Shown: piece after piece, positions 45,818-54,054 of the stretch
Layout: every line of letters starts with the position of its first letter
How positions within the stretch are numbered: the stretch's first letter is position 1
Assembly (NCBI GenBank): GCA_038064575.1
Contig: JBBTST010000003.1
Span: 6,751 to 70,750, forward strand
Origin: Patescibacteria group bacterium
Lineage (GTDB): Bacteria; Patescibacteriota; WWE3; UBA101185; 2-01-FULL-41-18
Reading direction: 5' to 3'
DNA length: 64,000 bases
Made by a program: the position numbers and the translations under genes
Notes under the pieces: generated by a model
Databases searched by the model: none
Seen by the model: the letters and a program-made list of their open reading frames with translations, nothing else
Told to the model about the DNA's origin: nothing

Positions 45818-48655
45818 TCATAAATTTAGCGTAGTCGGGCAAGAACCACCGGTGTTAATGGCAGGGCAAGCGAAAGAAGTGGCACAGGGGTTAACCTGCT
45901 TTGTTCTATCATTACTTCCAGATCTAATCTCAAAGTGCAAATGCGGTCCGGAAGAATAACCCGTAGAATCCACCTGGCCCAAAGTAGTACCTTTAGTAAC
46001 AACACTACCAACAGGAACGCTAAAACTCTTAAGATGTGCAAAGTACATATAATAGGGTAGGGCTGTTCCACCTGATTGAGCCTGTATTACTATTAACTGT
46101 CCAAAATTCCCAGCAGAACTTGCAAATACAACCTTTGCATCTCCATCATAAGGGGAGAGTACAAATGCACCAGTGGGAGCTGCAAGATCTATACCACCAT
46201 GTTTCACACAAACGCCCCCCACAGTCCTATCTTCCCCAAAACAAGACCAAGTCTGTCCGCTACCTCCAGGAAACACTGTTCCGTTGGTCTTTGAAAAGGG
46301 TACAGGCTGATTGGTACCTGAGGTTGTAGCACTGCAGGCAATTGCTTCCCCTCCCGGAGCAGTACCTGGACCTAAGACAGGTGTAGAAGTACCTCCCAAA
46401 CACTGAGGGGTCTGGCTAAACCAACTTTCTGTTCCCCAAATACCCACCAAAAGCCAAGGATTAACATTTTTGGCTTTGGCAACCTGTAAAACCTGAAGTA
46501 ATTTACCGGGAGGTGGGGAGAAACCCGAATAACTTACATTTAGTATGTTCGTCATGTAATCAGCAAGCTCTTCAGGAGTTTTCCCAAAGGAATTGTCAGT
46601 TGTCCATTTAAGCTGAGCGTTAGGCACTTCACAATCTCTCAATGCCTCTCTATAGTAAGCAAATATCCCATTTACGGCAGGGTCGGGTACGGCGCAGGTG
46701 CCCCCATTAAAGCATCGGGGAGATGTACCTGTGCACCTGTAGCCTGCATCCAAAGGTCTTGCGGTTTCGGGCGGCGGGGTAGCACAGGACCTCCCGGCAG
46801 GAGTCCCTATAGCAACATATTTATCATAAAATTTCACAAAAAGGTTGTACGCAAAAGGCAAGTTCCTGGTTTCATTGTCACAATAAGGACCGTACTCATC
46901 AACTAACCTCCAAAGAGGTCCGCTTGTATCGCTAGACAAAGTTGCTGCAGCACAATTAAGAGACGATTCAAAATCCGTAACTCCGGAACCAAAGCAGTTA
47001 AAATCATTACAGCTTGGAGTTGGAAGTTCTGTGCCACCACCAACACCTCCCGCAGTTTCACCATAAGGCTGTGTGCCTCCAAGAGGGGCCAACACAGTGT
47101 TAACAATAAAATACAAAGCCAGTATTAAAACTACAACCGTGAAACCTGTAATTCCAGCCACAAACTTAAAGATATTTGCCATCTCTTTGCCAAGCTCATC
47201 AAGAGCCTTACCAAGATCAAGCTTCATTGTGTGCCAAATTATGTTCCAAGCTTTTTCCCCAACATAAATCAAGGCAGCTGTTATAGCAGCAGGAAGAGTT
47301 CCAACACCACTAGCACCTGCAGCGGTTAAAGCTGAACTTACAAGAGACCTGATAGCAATTTTAATTGCACCACCGCTAACAAGGTTGATAAGCCCAGAAG
47401 CTTTACCACTTAACACTTGTGCAAGAGCTCCCAAGGTTCCATCCAGACCCTTGGCTACCTTGTCCATTAACGTCTGAAGCATTTTATTAATAGGAGAATT
47501 TTTGTTTCCAATTAAAATTCTTAAGCCCCCCCTAACAGGGTCCTGAACAAAACTTGCAAACTTAAAAGCAGGAGTCAAAAACTTAATCTTTGTTTTAATT
47601 TTGCTCCACATATAGAGCTGGAAAAACTTTCCTTCAGCAACAGCGTCCAGAAGTTCGTTGTATTCAAAAACTTTCTTTCTGTAATCTAACATTTGTGCAA
47701 AAGCCACAAGACGATTATCTCCAAGAGTGTCTCCAAGATCCTTTGATCCCATTGCTCTCTTCCAAATGGAGTCTATATCTTCGTTTCCCCTAGATTCTAT
47801 TGAACTTCTTACCTTTTCCATCTCCCCTGCAGAAAGCTTGTTTCCATCCGCATCAGTGTCCTTAACAAAAATCTTCTCCCCATCAACAGATTTGTAAGCA
47901 CCTGTTGAAAAAACTCTATCTAAATCTCGTTTTAAGGCTGTGACTTCAGGGGAAGCAGTACGAGGGTCATAAGTTTCATCGAGTTGCCTTTTAAGGGCAA
48001 GAGCAAATCTGGTTTGAACTACGTTAAATTTAACACCCCTTTTATCTGCCGAATTTCCAAAAACAACAAAATCTCTAACAGAAGCTGCAAATCTATCTGA
48101 GGATTCAAAAGCACCTTGAGTCGTGACCCCATATAAATCTTTAAAAACTGATGAGTGAAGACTCAAGGCCTTCTGCTCTTTAGTTGCAGTTATCAGAGGA
48201 TTTAACATTGGGTCCCAAATACCTTTTAATTCGGCTTGGGCAGTTAAATCCTTAAAACCCATGACCGCTGTGAACCAATCCTGGGCGGTCTCAGCAACAA
48301 ATTCTTCTAAGCTTTTCTTCTTGAGCTTCTCTGGATCAAGATTCAAACCAATACCAGCAGCCCCTGGAAGCTCTGCGTATTCCTCTTCTACACTACCTAA
48401 TTCTCCGCTAGCTACTCTAGCACCGGCGTCTCTAATCTTACCTCTGATCACAAAAGAAGAAGCAACAAAATCTTTCTCAATTAGCTTTGTAAGAGTGCCA
48501 GGAAGACCCAGTGCAACAGAGTCAAAGGAAACTACAGATGCAAGTTCTCTTTGAAATTCATCAGATTCATATCTTTTGGGCCTACCCCCTCTTTTTTTCT
48601 TTTTAACAGGGCGGCTGCCTGGATAATACCCAGGATAAAAAATTGGCGCTGCCAT
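45818..48655 (-). CDS. membrane-spanning peptidoglycan hydrolase with C-terminal M23 peptidase domain
   Basis: C-terminal M23/LytM motifs HxxxD-like and GPHLHFEIR. Central TM (FVAGITGFTVVVLILALYFIV). Segment WLLVGIWGTESWF is reminiscent of lysozyme/transglycosylase active sites. About 500-aa cytoplasmic N-domain. Confidence 0.7.
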   Translation of the reverse strand: MAAPIFYPGYYPGSRPVKKKKRGGRPKRYESDEFQRELASVVSFDSVALGLPGTLTKLIEKDFVASSFVIRGKIRDAGARVASGELGSVEEEYAELPGAAGIGLNLDPEKLKKKSLEEFVAETAQDWFTAVMGFKDLTAQAELKGIWDPMLNPLITATKEQKALSLHSSVFKDLYGVTTQGAFESSDRFAASVRDFVVFGNSADKRGVKFNVVQTRFALALKRQLDETYDPRTASPEVTALKRDLDRVFSTGAYKSVDGEKIFVKDTDADGNKLSAGEMEKVRSSIESRGNEDIDSIWKRAMGSKDLGDTLGDNRLVAFAQMLDYRKKVFEYNELLDAVAEGKFFQLYMWSKIKTKIKFLTPAFKFASFVQDPVRGGLRILIGNKNSPINKMLQTLMDKVAKGLDGTLGALAQVLSGKASGLINLVSGGAIKIAIRSLVSSALTAAGASGVGTLPAAITAALIYVGEKAWNIIWHTMKLDLGKALDELGKEMANIFKFVAGITGFTVVVLILALYFIVNTVLAPLGGTQPYGETAGGVGGGTELPTPSCNDFNCFGSGVTDFESSLNCAAATLSSDTSGPLWRLVDEYGPYCDNETRNLPFAYNLFVKFYDKYVAIGTPAGRSCATPPPETARPLDAGYRCTGTSPRCFNGGTCAVPDPAVNGIFAYYREALRDCEVPNAQLKWTTDNSFGKTPEELADYMTNILNVSYSGFSPPPGKLLQVLQVAKAKNVNPWLLVGIWGTESWFSQTPQCLGGTSTPVLGPGTAPGGEAIACSATTSGTNQPVPFSKTNGTVFPGGSGQTWSCFGEDRTVGGVCVKHGGIDLAAPTGAFVLSPYDGDAKVVFASSAGNFGQLIVIQAQSGGTALPYYMYFAHLKSFSVPVGSVVTKGTTLGQVDSTGYSSGPHLHFEIRSGSNDRTKQVNPCATSFACPAINTGGSCPTTLNL

Positions 48656-48763
48656 ATATCTAGTATAAAAACACTAATAGATATACTAACAGATGCTTGA
48701 TATTTTTAGTATAGTGTCCTAACATTTACTATAGAGAAAGGTTATTGTCATTAAATATAAAGT

Positions 48764-50050
48764 ATGAATAAAAAAACAAGCTCAAATCAAACAGTTCTTC
48801 GTGCTATAAGTGTTATTTCTGCTCTGGTTCTTGTTTTTTCAACTCAAGTCAGAACCTCATACGCTGGTGGTAATTGGGTCTGGGATCAAGCAGTGGGTTT
48901 TGTGTTGGGAGATAAAAACGATTTGCAGACACTCGTTACCGGAACAGCCATCGGTGGCATTGCCGGGGCTGGTTATATATTAGTAACGGGGTGTACTTAT
49001 GACCAAATGATTGATAAAGCAAAAGGAGTAGCCTCAGAGTGTGATCCTACTCTTCAAATTGTAAACAGTAAATCAAGCATGTTAGCTTTTGCCGTAGGTG
49101 CTATGGACTCGGCAATTGAGGCACCTCCTGTAATGAATCTTGCATACTATTTTAATAGTATGAAGTCCGATTCGGTGTTATTTAGGCAAGCTTACGCTGC
49201 ACCTTCCCCAGCATTTCAGGCTGTTATTGATATGTGGAAAGCCATGAGGAATCTAGCTTATGGTCTTCTTGCCGCTTTTGTTTTAGTAGTAGCGTTTATG
49301 ATAACCATGCGTTCTAAAATAGATCCTCAAACGGTTGTAACTGCACAGTCTGCAATTCCCAGAATTGTGATAAGTGCCGTTCTAATAACAATATCTTATG
49401 CACTAGGTTCCTTGTTTGATCAGATGATAGGTAGGGGGTGGAATAGCCCCTTAGTTGGAGTTGCGTCCTGGTTAGCAGGTCCTGGGGGTGTTACAGGACA
49501 GGGAATAATTTATGTGATACAAGGGGTGTGGCCTCCTATATGCAGCAGTTACCAAGCAGGTAATCTGACTGGGGCAATGCAGTGTCTTCTGGCAATATTA
49601 GGAAACGTAAGTAATGCCGCTGTATCCGGTGGTCTCGGTCTTTTCATTCTGTTAGAAATAATATTGGCACTTGTTCTTCTGGTAATAATGCTTATTGTCT
49701 TCTTAACAAGTTATGTCAAAGTCATTGCAAGGACAATTATCTCCCCAATGATATTTGCTGTCGCGGCGATTCCAGGACAAGAACACAGAATAAAAGATTG
49801 GTTCAAAGACATGCTTGCGGACACGTTAGCCCTACCCGTAATAGTGTTTCTCATGGCTTTTGGACTGGTAATCTTTTTCAAGACGGCAGCCGCAGCTGCA
49901 GCAGATCCAAACACAAATGTGGCAGCAGGCTTTTTAAGCGATACTTTAGCTGTTGTTGCAGCACACATGATTCTTATGGCAACGTGGGTAATGGCTATAA
50001 AGGCCCCGGGATTGGTTAGAGCTGCAATTCAAGGACCAAAGACTAGATAA
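48764..50050 (+). CDS. VirB6/TrbL-like polytopic membrane protein
   Basis: Signal peptide, roughly 150-aa extracytoplasmic domain, then at least 5 TM helices and an Ala-rich tail. Position and architecture fit VirB6. Confidence 0.45.
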   Translation: MNKKTSSNQTVLRAISVISALVLVFSTQVRTSYAGGNWVWDQAVGFVLGDKNDLQTLVTGTAIGGIAGAGYILVTGCTYDQMIDKAKGVASECDPTLQIVNSKSSMLAFAVGAMDSAIEAPPVMNLAYYFNSMKSDSVLFRQAYAAPSPAFQAVIDMWKAMRNLAYGLLAAFVLVVAFMITMRSKIDPQTVVTAQSAIPRIVISAVLITISYALGSLFDQMIGRGWNSPLVGVASWLAGPGGVTGQGIIYVIQGVWPPICSSYQAGNLTGAMQCLLAILGNVSNAAVSGGLGLFILLEIILALVLLVIMLIVFLTSYVKVIARTIISPMIFAVAAIPGQEHRIKDWFKDMLADTLALPVIVFLMAFGLVIFFKTAAAAAADPNTNVAAGFLSDTLAVVAAHMILMATWVMAIKAPGLVRAAIQGPKTR

Positions 50051-50145
50051 ATACTGGGAGATAGTTGACTAAAAAAGCAAAACAGACGAGTTTGTTATGT
50101 ACAAAGCCTCGTCTGTTTCTGGTTTTTTGATCTTTTTGCCTATCC

Positions 50146-50526
50146 TCAAGGTCTGAGGAAAAGCAGGGCAACAAGCCAAAAGAAACGCCAGGATATAAAC
50201 CAGTAAACTATCCAAGCGTTGTAGATCAGGGTGTTCCCTGGTTCCCCCCACGGCCAAATCAGCCAGGAAAAATCATGGCTGAAGTGACCCAGGGCTCCGA
50301 CCAAACCAAGAATTATGGCTAGCCAGAGTCCCCGAGAGGACTTGTTGAGGGGCCTTTTATAAAAAAGCCGACGGAGGAGAGCTCCCCAAATCCCTTGGAG
50401 GATTGGGGAAAAAAGTACATATAACATCAGGTGGCCCTCACTTTCCACCCGATAACGAAGCAGGTACTCTGCTCCGGCCGCAAAGCTCAAATTCATTGCG
50501 GCAAAAACAATCCATTTTTTCACCAT
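50146..50526 (-). CDS. small membrane protein (126 aa), GC-rich
   Basis: Trp/Leu-rich hydrophobic protein on the opposite strand inside the T4SS-like locus. Confidence 0.3.
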   Translation of the reverse strand: MVKKWIVFAAMNLSFAAGAEYLLRYRVESEGHLMLYVLFSPILQGIWGALLRRLFYKRPLNKSSRGLWLAIILGLVGALGHFSHDFSWLIWPWGEPGNTLIYNAWIVYWFISWRFFWLVALLFLRP

Positions 50527-50655
50527 TATCTTTTTCCTCCTTTAGAAAAAGTATCTTTCAATTATACTATAGGTTTCTAGTATTCCCAAACTTCAAAACC
50601 TTAATTAAACCCCTCAAATCTGTTAAAATCAGACTAGTCTAAATTAAGCTTATAT

Positions 50656-53328
50656 ATGCCCTTAAAAGAAACTAGCGGACTATCTAATAAACAACACGCA
50701 GTACCACAAAACATAATGCAGGTGGAGTTCAAGATAATAGGGGACTTGACCATGCGCCAGTTCTTTTACCTGCTTATTGCAGCTATTTTTGCCTTTGGAG
50801 CTATCAAAAGTGGGCTTCCTTCCTATGTTGCCTGGCCCCTTGGCATTGTGGCAGCCCTTGCCGGCGTAGCCATAGCTTTTGTCCCTATTCAAGATAGAGG
50901 AATGGATCAATGGGTAGCTTTTTTCTTCCAGGCAATTTACCAACCAACCCTGAGGGTCTGGAGAAAAGAAACACTTATCCCACAATATTTTCTATATCAA
51001 AGCGCGGCATTGCTTAAATCTGAAATGTTAACAATAGCCCCAACGGCAAGCAGAAGAAAACTGGAGGAGTATCTTGAAAGAGCTTCTGGCGATCTTAAGA
51101 AAAAAGATTATCTTGATGAAAAAGAAGAGGAGTATATCAAAAAAGTAAGGGCTGCTTTTGAACCCTCTTTAGCTAATGCTAGACCCACTACACCTCAAAC
51201 CATACTTAACACTCAAGCAACAGCCGTTACGGCACCACCCCAAGTAACAACTCAATTCAGACCACAAAGTTTACCTCAGACACACCCAAGCGTTAGAAGC
51301 ATCCCTATTACGCCCACTATAGCACCCTCACCTAAAATACCTATATACCAGGCACCTAAGTTCACACCACCTTCACCACAACCCTCTATCCCACAGGCTC
51401 CCAAACCTCAAGAGGTTAATAAAGCTTCAGGGGCTCAGGAGAAAGTAGCACAACAGCCTCAGCAGCAGAGCGTGCCTCAAGCTAGTCAAAAACCACCCTC
51501 ACCAAAAGTGCAAACCCCTGAAGTCTTAAAGCTTCCGGATGTTAAAAAGGAGGAAGTAAAAATAATAACTCCAAAAACTTTAGACGCTTTAACCGTTTCA
51601 ACCCCCCCGCAAACTTTTGTTAAACCCCCTGTTCAGATGCAAACGCAGCAGCAACCACAACCTAAACAAGTTGTGGCCAAACCATTCGAACCCCCACAAG
51701 TTATAGAACCAAAAGTAATAGAAGTAGCAAAAGAAGTTGGGAGGGAAGAAGCTCCTATCTTTGTGGATATAACTCCCAAGAGTGAGGAAAAACCGGAAGT
51801 GGTGGAAAACATAATTGAGCAGGATAAGGCAAACCTTGTCAGGACAGAACTCGCACCCGGTAAAGAATCCACACCCAAAGAGCCCCCAGCACCAGCGCTA
51901 GCACCCGCACCCGCACCGTTCACGTCTGGCCCACTAACTCAAGAAAAAGCGTCTCTAACACAGTCTGAAACCGTTGCAATCCCAGCTAAAGAACCAATTC
52001 AGGAACCAAAAGTTCAGGAACAAAAAAAAGAGGAGCCCCATGAACAGGAGCAGGAACAGGAACAAGAAAGAGCGGAAATAATCAAGCCTTCAAGATCCCA
52101 GCTGAGGCAAAACTTTCCAATTACAGCAAGAATTGGTTCTTTTAAACCAAAGTCTCAGGGCACCACCTTAACCCCTGCCGGCATTACAGGCAGAAGATTT
52201 ACAAACCTGACTCCAACCCAGGGTGAGATTGTTTTACCAATCAGAGGAGAAAGAATTTTAAGAATGTCAGGCGAGCCCGAACCTCCTAAAAGCCAGGAAG
52301 ACATGAAAAGAAAGGAAAAATTAGACCAACTCAACGCTTTGGTTGAAAAACTGAAAGTAGATCAAAAAAGCAGTGCTTCCCAGGCAAGACTTTCAATACC
52401 CCCGCTTAATATATCTGCTCTGACACAGCAAGATCAAAAGAAAGAAGAAAAAATAGAGGTTGGGAACCCGTTTAAAGAAGTGGCTGTTACAGAAGTAGAA
52501 AAGAAAACTGCAGAGGGAGTAGGAGTACCTGCTCAACAAACCCCCCCGCAAACCTCTCAAACACCAAAAAAAGGCAGCATGTACCTGCCGCCGGAAAGAC
52601 TTATGTGGACAGGTCCGGAACCAACAGCTTCTCTCAAAAAAGAGGTTCCAAAAGATGAAAAAGTTGAAATAAAATATGATATCCCCGGCAAAAAAGCAAC
52701 AGATGAAGAAATAGAAAAGCACCTGATTGAAGCAGATTCCAAACTAACTAAGGAGATTGAAGCGCTAAACATGAGCATGAAAGATTCGTCAAAAACGGAG
52801 GCTGAAAGAAAAGCCATCCAGGATCAAATAAAACGTGTAGAAACGGAAAGAGTTGAAGCGCAAAAAGTGATAACAGGCCTTGAAACCAAAGTTAAAGAGC
52901 TTGAACAAAAACTCACAGAAACCACCTCTCCACAAGTTGTTGTTCAAAAAGTGGTGGAAAAAGTACAAGTACCTGTAATTCATGACAGCAAAGAAGATAC
53001 GCAACTCAAACAGCCTAAGGCTCCAGTGCTAGCCAAAGTTCCTACAATAACAACTCTGCCTAATTCAATAAACGGGGTTGTAAAAGACAACAACGGCAAA
53101 CTTGTGGAAGGCGCAGTAGTTATGATTAAAGATCCAAGAGGAGACGTTGTCAGAGCGCTAAGAACCAACAAACTGGGCCAATTCTTCATCACAACTGCAG
53201 TAGCAAACGGTAGTTACATAGTTGAGGTTTCATTTGAGAAAGATAATATTGCCTTAAACTTTGATTCTTCCCTGATACAAACCAAAGGAGAGGTATTACC
53301 TCCAATTGAATTTACTGGTAAGATTTGA
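50656..53328 (+). CDS. VirB3/PrgI-like two-TM N-domain fused to Pro/Gln-rich linker, coiled-coil and C-terminal CarboxypepD_reg-like domain
   Basis: N-terminal 110 aa with two TM helices (MRQFFYLLIAAIFAFGAI…VAWPLGIVAALAGVAIAF). Roughly 400-aa P/Q/A-rich low-complexity region. C-terminal beta-sandwich motif (GVVKDNNGKLVEGAVVMIKDPRGD…). Confidence 0.45.
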   Translation: MPLKETSGLSNKQHAVPQNIMQVEFKIIGDLTMRQFFYLLIAAIFAFGAIKSGLPSYVAWPLGIVAALAGVAIAFVPIQDRGMDQWVAFFFQAIYQPTLRVWRKETLIPQYFLYQSAALLKSEMLTIAPTASRRKLEEYLERASGDLKKKDYLDEKEEEYIKKVRAAFEPSLANARPTTPQTILNTQATAVTAPPQVTTQFRPQSLPQTHPSVRSIPITPTIAPSPKIPIYQAPKFTPPSPQPSIPQAPKPQEVNKASGAQEKVAQQPQQQSVPQASQKPPSPKVQTPEVLKLPDVKKEEVKIITPKTLDALTVSTPPQTFVKPPVQMQTQQQPQPKQVVAKPFEPPQVIEPKVIEVAKEVGREEAPIFVDITPKSEEKPEVVENIIEQDKANLVRTELAPGKESTPKEPPAPALAPAPAPFTSGPLTQEKASLTQSETVAIPAKEPIQEPKVQEQKKEEPHEQEQEQEQERAEIIKPSRSQLRQNFPITARIGSFKPKSQGTTLTPAGITGRRFTNLTPTQGEIVLPIRGERILRMSGEPEPPKSQEDMKRKEKLDQLNALVEKLKVDQKSSASQARLSIPPLNISALTQQDQKKEEKIEVGNPFKEVAVTEVEKKTAEGVGVPAQQTPPQTSQTPKKGSMYLPPERLMWTGPEPTASLKKEVPKDEKVEIKYDIPGKKATDEEIEKHLIEADSKLTKEIEALNMSMKDSSKTEAERKAIQDQIKRVETERVEAQKVITGLETKVKELEQKLTETTSPQVVVQKVVEKVQVPVIHDSKEDTQLKQPKAPVLAKVPTITTLPNSINGVVKDNNGKLVEGAVVMIKDPRGDVVRALRTNKLGQFFITTAVANGSYIVEVSFEKDNIALNFDSSLIQTKGEVLPPIEFTGKI

Positions 53329-53335
53329 GTAATCT

Positions 53336-54037
53336 ATGGAAGACATTAAATTCACAACACAAGAGCATCTTGATATTGAGACCATAACAAACGACCTTGT
53401 AGTTTTGAAAAACGGTGCTGCAGTCCTTATTATCAGAACCAATGCCGTAAATTTTGATCTGTTATCTGAGATTGAACAGGATGCAATTATTGCAGCTTTT
53501 TCAGGCCTTCTAAACTCTCTAAACTTTCCGGTTCAGATAATTGTCAGAAGCAAAAAGCTAGACATTACCAATTATCTTGAAAAAGTTAAGGCTATAGAAA
53601 ACAGAATCAAGGACCCTCTTCTTAAAGTTCAGGCGGAGGCCTACAGAAAATTTGTGCAGGAGCTAATCAAAAGAAATGAGGTTTTGGATAAGAGTTTCTA
53701 TGTGTCCATTCCTTCGGGAGGCACAGCTTCTACACCAACAGGCAGTCCTTTTGACTTCCTCTCAGCGCTAACGGGTACAAAAAAAGCCACCAAAAGAGTG
53801 AATGTTGACGTGCCAAAACTGCTTAAAACGGCAACAAATGAACTTTACCCCAAAAGAGACACTCTAACTAGGGAGTTTGCAAGGATTAACATTAAAGCAA
53901 AACAATTAACAACTCAGGAGCTAGTGGAACTGTTTTTTGATATTTATAATCCGGTTTCCCTGCATGATCAAAGAATGAGAACAAACGCGGATGATTACAG
54001 AATTCCAATAGTAGAACCTGCAATACTTGAAGAGTAG
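53336..54037 (+). CDS. hypothetical cytoplasmic protein co-transcribed with VirB4
   Basis: 233 aa with no TM. Lies 18 nt upstream of virB4. Confidence 0.4.
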   Translation: MEDIKFTTQEHLDIETITNDLVVLKNGAAVLIIRTNAVNFDLLSEIEQDAIIAAFSGLLNSLNFPVQIIVRSKKLDITNYLEKVKAIENRIKDPLLKVQAEAYRKFVQELIKRNEVLDKSFYVSIPSGGTASTPTGSPFDFLSALTGTKKATKRVNVDVPKLLKTATNELYPKRDTLTREFARINIKAKQLTTQELVELFFDIYNPVSLHDQRMRTNADDYRIPIVEPAILEE

Positions 54038-54054
54038 ATTTAAGTTTAACAAAG

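Noticed and set aside
51633-53192. Minus-strand ORFs inside the 890-aa gene (51633-51923, 52393-52722, 52557-52817, 52789-53004, 52980-53192)
   Set aside because: Antisense to the long proline-rich CDS. Low-complexity translations typical of repeat shadow frames.
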